The notes under the pieces are model-generated. The model did not search any database. It was given only the letters and a program-made list of their open reading frames with translations, and was not told where the DNA came from. From the NCBI GenBank assembly GCA_051294375.1, contig CM119264.1:5015045-5079044 (forward strand): a stretch of 64,000 bases of DNA, given 5' to 3'. The stretch's first letter is position 1, and every line of letters begins with the position of its first letter. This stretch comes from Paraspadella gotoi (lineage: Eukaryota > Animalia > Chaetognatha). The translations under genes were made by a program, and so were the position numbers. Positions 56,462 to 64,000 of the stretch are shown here, piece by piece.

Positions 56462-56614
56462 CTTATATAGTTTTGTCTGGTGCTCACAATTTTTTTTAAA
56501 TAAAAACTATGACGAATTATGATGGATTTTTATAAATGTGTGCCATATAAAAGTTTACATATGGCTTTTCATTTTTAAGATCTTTGCAATTGTTTTGTTT
56601 CATATGGAATCAAG

Positions 56615-56756
56615 TATTTTTTGTTTGAATTTTTTTATGATTTACTGCAATATGCAAATTAGATTATAGTACTTTATATACTAATTTTTATATTTATAGA
56701 ATGTAATTTGCATATTGCAGTAAATCATAATCCAAAAAAAATTCAAACAAAAAATA
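56615..56756. repeat. AT-rich inverted repeat (~47-bp arms, ~42-bp spacer), MITE-like
   Basis: TATTTTTTGTTTGAATTTTTTTATGATTTACTGCAATATGCAAATTA and its reverse complement at 56704-56756, which carries a small insertion. Confidence 0.7.
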
Positions 56757-57404
56757 ATTGAATCAATAAGAAACATGTGATTTTAAAAGACCTTTTTGAT
56801 GGGAAGCTATATCTAAATTTTAATATAAATAAAAATACACACTTTTACAACTTACAATTAAAAAAAATTATATAATTAATAATAATAATAATAATTAGAT
56901 AAACGGTTGTGTCATTTTTNNNNNNNNNNNNNNNNNNNNNNNNNNNNNNNNNNNNNNNNNNNNNNNNNNNNNNNNNNNNNNNNNNNNNNNNNNNNNNNNN
57001 NNNNNNNNNNNNNNNNNNNTAAAATATAAAAGATGATATAATATTGATATAATTTTAAATTTGTCAGAGAGTTTGCTTCTTTACCTCGTCGTTGTCCCAG
57101 AAATGAAGCGGTTCCGCTTTTAAATGGTACGGAGCATCACGGTTGAAGGCCAATATTAATGAAATATCCTTATATGACGTTTTGGGTGAAGAATCTAGAT
57201 GAGGGTTGAGCCAAACCAACATTAGACACATTTTCAAAGTGTTTTTTTAAATTTTATTCTCTAATATTTTAGCAATTTAGGTAATTGAAAAATGCAATAA
57301 AAAAAATATATTCAAATACTTTTCAGAAACCAGAATTTTTTATTAATTCGTGGCGGGACTATTCCCTGTTTTACCTTTTTATGTTTACCTTTTTTTACTG
57401 CCCC

Positions 57405-57650
57405 TCCCCAACCCTTGAATCCTAAACGGGCCTCTCGTTTCAACACCGCTGCCTCTCCCCTAACCGTAACTATCAGGCCCGGGCCTCCCGTACATGCTCC
57501 GATGCCTCAACCCGTAAAAATCCTACCACGGCCTCTCACACCATCCTTAACCCTAAAAACCGGGCTCCTTCAACTCCATGCCTCTCTCCCCAACCCTAAC
57601 CCGGGCCCGAAGCCTCCCGTACATCTTCGTGCCTCAACCCTAACCGCCCT
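57405..57650. repeat. Degenerate minisatellite containing CCCTAA(CC) telomere-like units
   Basis: Recurrent (A)ACCCTAAC...GGGCCTC units. Confidence 0.5.
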
Positions 57651-57915
57651 TCGACACATCACCCATCATTCTCAAATTCTCAATTACATGATTATTGGGG
57701 GTGGCTGACCTGGAGCGAGGTTAATGACTCGGTCGAAAAAATTGAACCAAGTTTATTAGAAAAATGGAAAAAAAAGTTTTTAGCCGTTGGATAAGGCAAG
57801 CACACGTTCTGCCAGGACTGGTCACTGCTCAGTTTTGCTCACTATGTTTCGTAATATGTAAATATATCTAAAAAAATTAAATTAATATATATAAACTGTA
57901 AATTTTTTTTTATAT

Positions 57916-58211
57916 TGAAGAGACAGTAATTATTATTATTGGTGGAAGTGCATTACCAAGTTGGCATGTCGCCTGATGCGTGTTGGCGGAAAGTGCATCG
58001 CCAGGTTGAGGCATGTCGCTGAAAGTGTCGTTGGTGGTATGTTTGGAAGTCTGTCAAACTGTAAACATTTTACAGGAGGGTTACGCGCCCGTCCCTTTAA
58101 CTGCTAGGCGGCCACCGGGCTGGAACCCGGACTTTGGGTTGGGAGGCGAATGACTTGCCTCCGGCACCAATGGCCGCTGATGAACAGGTTGGTGATTTTA
58201 GTCCACCATAC
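57916..58211 (-). mobile_element. Family B repeat, variant body
   Basis: TGAAGAGACAGT ... tRNA-like segment 58108-58177 ... GTCCACCATAC; TAT on both flanks. Confidence 0.75.
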
Positions 58212-58529
58212 TATCAAGGGGGTCGGTGACCCGAAGGGAATAGGTAAAATGAAAAAAAATACAAGCTTTGGACCAGTTCCACGAGTTCTTCAAGTAAAAA
58301 AAGGTGCCAAAAGGATCAGATCATTAATCGATTGAAAAAATTTCTTGTCAATCAGCTGCTGAATAAGTCAACGACCAGGAAGACCGCGCGAGCGATATTA
58401 GGAAGGAAAAAAATGTTGTTTTATTATAATTATTTATTCTAGAAATTGTACAATCGGGATAAGAAATGTTTAAAAGTATACAACAATAAGAAAATAACAT
58501 TCAACATTATTAGTACATAGTTAGCTTCA

Positions 58530-61500
58530 TCAGGTCTGAAACTCGGCGATGATTTCATTTACGGATGCAATGGCGCCAGAAAAAATTGCAATGACACTGA
58601 AAACTAGAAGAAAACTGTCCAACAAGATTCGCCACATAAGTCGATCACCATTCTCGGCTCTGAAAAGGAAGGAGAGAAGCGGGGAAGACAAATAGAGCAT
58701 TAATGCTCATTTTATTATTGATTATGCAATTTACTTATTACTTTTAACCAATGAAATATTGATTTTTTTATATTGTAAGATTTTTTCCTCGTAAAAATAT
58801 CATTTCAGGAAAAACTCAAAGATTTCTAGGGACGATGATATATGTACGAAGAAAATAAGAATCTAGTTTGAGATTAAAATCAATTTCAAAATTTGTCAAA
58901 CGCGCTGATGAAGGTTAAAAAGAAAACAAAACTCTTCTAGTTCTACTTTGTAGTAAACTGAGATTAAAATCAAAATTCTTTTTAAGATAAATGTTAACTA
59001 AACTAAAGATTTCTAAAAATGATTAATATTTTTATTTATACGATCTATATTATATATATTATTATTATTATAGAAGTTGTACCAATTTTATTATATAATA
59101 TAATATACATCATAGAAAATGCAAAGCCGAGACCTTCAAAACAGGCTATCATTCAACTGAGAGTAGAGTTTACGGTTGCATAGATACGCCGTCACTTCGT
59201 TTTACAAACGAAAAAAATCGTTCTGTACAAAGGCAGCAAATGATTTTTATAATATTGCTCAATTTTCTCATCTCTCCAGGCAATTATTTACGTCAATAAT
59301 CCATCCATATTCCTTCAAAAACATTATTTTTTTTACTTCAAAAAATTATTTTAATCAACATCGACCACATTAATAATCATACTGCAGTCAGACTCGCTAA
59401 CCTTGTTGTTGTTCTTCGCAACAAATCGATAGCAACTGGAATCGAGATGGAAACTGGAATTCCAAAGATGGCACCGACCAGCGAAATGAAAGGCCCTTGA
59501 TCATGAAAGAGTCAAGTTTAAAAGTTGATATTAATTTGTAAGAAATATTTTAAAACTAATCTATGACAGTATCTGTAATTTCCCTCTTCAACATCACGAC
59601 AGAATCAACTCATGGAAACTGGATCCCAAACATCCCCACAGCCCACCGATATGAGGAAAGGAAGCGGCAAAGGCTGCAGTGAAGACTACGACGGCTACTC
59701 TGACGACGTAGTCCCAGACGTCAACTCGACGCTCGTTGACGATCCACTTCTTGATGCGACCGAAGAGGATCTCGTGGGCGACGAGGAATTGGATGGCGTA
59801 GGAGGAGATGACAACGACTGAGAAGACCATCTTCAGGCTGGAGTGGTCAGAGTTGGGAATAGTGATATTTTTGAATTTGAAATTGTACCTTTTTCTGAGA
59901 ATTTGAAAAGTCTTGTAATGAAAATAATCATACTATATGAATGATTACTACATTTTGTTATCTTTAGAGTACTGCAGAGATAAATTTCAAAACTAATCAA
60001 CAATCAGATGCGATCAATTCAAAAACTTTTTCTAAAAATGCACAGTTCAACCTATCGTAAAGCGGTTCATTGGGTAAGTTGAGTGTGATGACGCCCATGG
60101 CCTTGTCACCGACTCTCATGTAGCCAAAAAAAGCGATGGCGAAGTAGAAGATGGTGACCAAACTGAGTCCAATATTGATGACACCGAATGAAGAGGTCAT
60201 CTCTTCCGGTTCTGCCATTTTGTTTTCCAGGGGAAGAACGACGCAGATACCTACGGAGAAAAGAATATGGGGCAGATGGTAATGGAACAAACGCGATTAT
60301 TGATGACAAAAGAATAATGAAAGTCCCTGAAAATCAAACAATCGCAATCAATTTTTATATTGGTTGTACTAATTTTATATCAAAATATCTAAAAACTGAC
60401 ACAACACGACCTTCAAATGAAAAGGCGACGGTAGAGATAAAGATTGGGTATTTGAAGGGATTGATCTCCACCAGCTTGACCTCGTCAAGTGGAAGAAACT
60501 CCTCCAGTAAAAATCCGAAGATAATGATGGTGCCTACGATTTGGACAGCAATGCCCACGATGGAGACCAACGCCAACACTTCGACGTTTCGGATCAGATT
60601 GATAAGGATGATGACCGGCAGAACAAGAGCAATGTAGGCCTGGACAAGGATTTAGAAAGTGGTAAATTACACAGATAAAAATTATGTATAAATGGAAAAA
60701 GGTGTCACTTTATTGCGTATTCTGAGCTCTCACCTGTACTGGCCAATCGATTTCAAAGCTGTAATTGATGACTTCGCGAATATTTTCTCCTGATAATACA
60801 AATTAAATGCATGAATATCAAAAAGAGGGTAAAAGATAAATTATGTAGTAGATCAATTAGTCAAAGATTAAAACAGTTAATTTTTTAGTTTAAAAAATCC
60901 TCTTCGTACCTATAAAGACAAAATAAATAATGAGAAAGCCCATTTGCTGAACGCACAAAATAGAATTCATAAATTTTTTGGCGTATTTAGAGAACCATTG
61001 ACACTTTTTTGGTCCATACTCAAACGCAAACTGTAGTGTGTAGCCATAGTCCATTCGATTACGACCCGTAAACTTGCAGAACAATCTAGAAACCAAAACA
61101 AATTTAGAATTAAAAAAAGCGTTTTTCTCTTAATGAACATACAACCCTCCGTCTCTTCAAAGAACCTCTCCAACTTTAAAATCAATATAGTTTGTGGACA
61201 AAGCACTAAGTTAGGTGAAAAGAGCTTTCCCAACTTCTTTAAATCGCTCTAGCAGCCTTGGAACGGGTCTAGGGCTTGGACTCAGGCCTGAGGGGTTTTC
61301 CACGCCCCCAAAACGGTTCCCGCGGTCCTCACGCTTCCCGCAGGGTAGGTACCGGGTTGGGATTGAACTAGAGGTCATGAGCTCATGGGTTTACTCAGTG
61401 AGCCACCGGGTCACGACTGAAGGTGTCATGATTACAGGCGGGATGAACTTCAATGCTCTCAAGTCAAATCCACAAGAAAATCAAATCGTCTACTTTTGCT

Positions 61501-62278
61501 GGCGAAGTTTTTCCCTATTCCTAGCCCTTCCTTTTTTCTAGGTCCCCACACATTACATAAAAGAAAATTTGTAGTAAATTAATTCATTAGTTAAGGTCTT
61601 CACCAAACGGTTTCAAATGGTGAATATTAAATTCAGCCTGCAAATTCTCTTCCACAGACTATTTTCCTGAATTGCCATCGTATTAACATTGGTTTAAATA
61701 TTGCCATTTTATGAAACTATGAATTCAATCATAAGGGCTCACGATTCTGTTAATTAGTGAAACCGACTAATTTTGACCTCATTGTCCTCGTGCAATAATT
61801 TAGGCTTACTATGACACCGTCCTGACCTAGAAGAGGAAACCAGTATGTGCATCCCGTAGACAAAGACGGCACCGCATGCTGGAATCCCGACGGCCGCCAC
61901 CAAAAGACCCACGTTGGCGACCGCATAAGGCAACGCCAGATTGCCGGTTCCAACAAAGCCTTTGATGACGTGGACCAGCGTTGCATTGGTGGAAAGTTTT
62001 TCTTGCTGAGAGCGTGAAGACGATGAGGAGTAGGACGAAGACGACTCAGATATCTCAGAAGTGAGGAGGTGAGTTTTATCAGTGTAAGATGCATCTTGGT
62101 GGATGATTGGCGGTTGAGAGGTTGGGTGGAGTGGCTTCTTTGTGGGCGGTTGAGAAGGCTGCTGTGGAGATTTGGACGTCGTCATGGAAACCACGCCGGA
62201 ATTGTCATCGATTGCTGAGTATCGAACGGCGTCGTTGCCGCTGACGACGCTAGATAAAGCTGGTCCGTCCGCTGACAT
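58530..62278 (-). CDS. SLC36A: Proton-coupled amino acid transporter (SLC36/PAT/pathetic-like, Aa_trans family), 508 aa, 8 exons
   Basis: Exons 62278-61827, 61085-60910, 60789-60734, 60639-60411, 60250-60052, 59837-59647, 59495-59402 and 58659-58530 total 1527 nt, all in phase. Motifs TLVHVIKGFVGTGNLALPYA, MHILV, DYG..F.YGP, QMGF..YFVF, AFSFEGICVVLPLENKM, FFGY, ITLNLP, FISLVGA. AATAAA at 58438-58433. Confidence 0.93.
61240..61418 (-). mobile_element. tRNA-derived SINE-like insertion in SLC36 intron 1
   Basis: Reverse complement shows A-box-like GGTGGCTCACTGAG and B-box-like AGTTCAATCCC followed by a GC-rich body; single copy in this window. Confidence 0.45.
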
Positions 62279-63751
62279 TATGGCTTTTAGTATTGAGTAG
62301 TCAAAAGAATTTTAAATCTTTTATTTAAAAGTTTAATTTTGGAAATGTTTAGGTCCATTCTGTGAAGCTGAAGTCGTTGATCATGAGTAAATCTAATAGG
62401 GTTGGTCAAAAGTTTTTATTTTATTGTTTTCCTATTTTGGTAATCGGTCAAAAAACAGTCAAAATTTAATAAAAATGGCATTATCAGCATTATTGAATAA
62501 CGATTCTAAATTATTTTTCGAACTTTTACTACTTTAAGTAGCCAACTTTTAATTTCTATCAGAATTCAGCTAAAACTTTTTTTTGCAATAAAAGTTATTA
62601 ATAATTAGAGAATTACTGATTGACCGGAACGTTTTTGAAATTTTGAGATTTAAGTTTAAATTTGAGATTTAAATAAAATTTCTTAGTAAAGAGAATTTGT
62701 TTTTATTTCAACAACGATTTTTATTTTTTTGTTGTTGAAATAAAAACTTTTATTGACAGCATAATCTCCAGATTTGTTGGTAATTTAAAAAAAATTATGT
62801 TATTTTAGAAGAAACTAGTACAAATATATTCTTTAAGTTCACCAGTCCCCAGAATTGTTGCGCAAGAAGTAAGGGAAAACCAGTTTTACCCCTTTTACTG
62901 AAGAAGGAAATTATGTCAACAGCCGAACGATCAAAAGTTCAAGTCACGACGAAACCGAAAAGGCTCTTAATCCTGGCTGCTTCGCTGCTAGGTGAACGGT
63001 TAAATAAAATTGTCACAAAATTAATTGTGGCGTATTCTATAGAAGTAGCAGCATTTATTAAATTAAAAAAGAAAATAAAAGGCATATTGATAGAAAAAAA
63101 ATATTTAGATTAATAGATACAAAGTTCTGCCTTGAATCTTATCCCCTAATTGATCCTCCCACATTAAATAGAAATGAACACGAAACGGCGATTTAAATGT
63201 TAAGCGACTCATTTTGTCACGCTTTTTGTCCTTTACAGATAATCACGTGAATACTAAAATTACAAAACTTGCAAAAACAAGCATCTTATAGTTAGTCTTT
63301 TATGTTGAAGTATTAACAAAAAAAAACCGAATTAAACTTCGACTTTTTAATTACGCGAGAACTCGAGGCGCCACTAAAAAGGGGAAAAATGAAAGAAACC
63401 AAAAAGCATTGAAAGAATTACATTTACATACGTACAAAAAAATAGTTTACAAAGACCATCCACGGATAAACTGGCAAAAAACAGCAGCTGGAACAAGAGA
63501 AAGATTGTACGTTTGTTGTTCTGATGATCAATGAAATATATCATGAGTAGATCGACGAAATAAAATTTTCTCCGTTGTCTTAGTATCAAAAACTTGTCTT
63601 TATTTTCTCAATATAAAATAAATAAGAATTCGTATCTCGCTCTTTCTTACTAAAAGAATAATTCTTTAACATATGGAATAGTAAGTCAATTGTTAATTAC
63701 GTCACCTACTCTCTTCTTTTAGTTATCTCCCAGGAAATTTTAACTAATAAA

Positions 63752-64000
63752 TCGTTGGTGGTATCGTTTGGAAAAGGTCTGTCAGAACTGTTATAACGAT
63801 TTTAGCAGGAGGGTTACGCGCCCGTCCCTCTTAACTGCTAGGCGGCCACCGGGCTGAACCCGGACCTTTGGGTTGGGAGGCGAATGACTTGCCTCCGGCA
63901 CCAATGGCCGCTGATGAACGGTTGGTGATTTTAAGTCCACCATACTATCAAGGGGGTCGGTGACCCGAAGGGAATAGGTAAAATGAAAAAAATACAAGCT
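63752..64000 (-). repeat. Family B repeat plus unique flank, duplicating 58028-58270
   Basis: Identity extends past the element end into CTATCAAGGGGGTCGGTGACCCGAAGGGAATAGG..., so this is a segmental duplicate rather than an independent insertion. Confidence 0.8.

Noticed and set aside
57405-57650. True telomere or chromosome-fusion site
   Set aside because: CCCTAA units are sparse and embedded in a longer degenerate minisatellite.
58108-58177. Functional tRNA-Gly(CCC) gene
   Set aside because: The anticodon stem cannot pair, and the module is embedded in a multi-copy repeat.

Overview
Eukaryotic (invertebrate-animal-like) draft-assembly scaffold with GT-AG spliced genes, AT-rich introns, many microsatellites and several N gaps. 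I spliced five genes by hand. (1) A FREM1/QBRICK-like basement-membrane protein (NV domain + CSPG repeats), minus strand ~25133->9166; its 3' exons are frameshifted in error-rich sequence. (2) A 7-exon, 196-aa calmodulin/troponin-C-like four-EF-hand protein (+, 33576-39192). (3) A 6-exon, 165-aa globin (+, 40661-41953) with HisE7/HisF8, an apparent Trp at B10, and neither ancestral intron (B12.2, G7.0). (4) A 5'-incomplete P-loop sulfotransferase-like gene (+, 53293-55581). (5) An 8-exon, 508-aa SLC36/PAT amino-acid transporter (-, 62278-58530). Mobile DNA includes DINE-1-like Helentron non-autonomous elements, Penelope-like remnants carrying a type I hammerhead ribozyme motif (54633-54666, plus a 163-bp fold-back at 33696-33858), and an unusual structured tRNA(Gly)-containing repeat with a conserved hairpin leader and apparent 3-bp flanking duplications. 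Bases 1-6501 and the flanks of the 25-N gaps look like long-read gap-filling artefacts. No prokaryotic systems (CRISPR etc.) are present. The species cannot be determined from the sequence alone.
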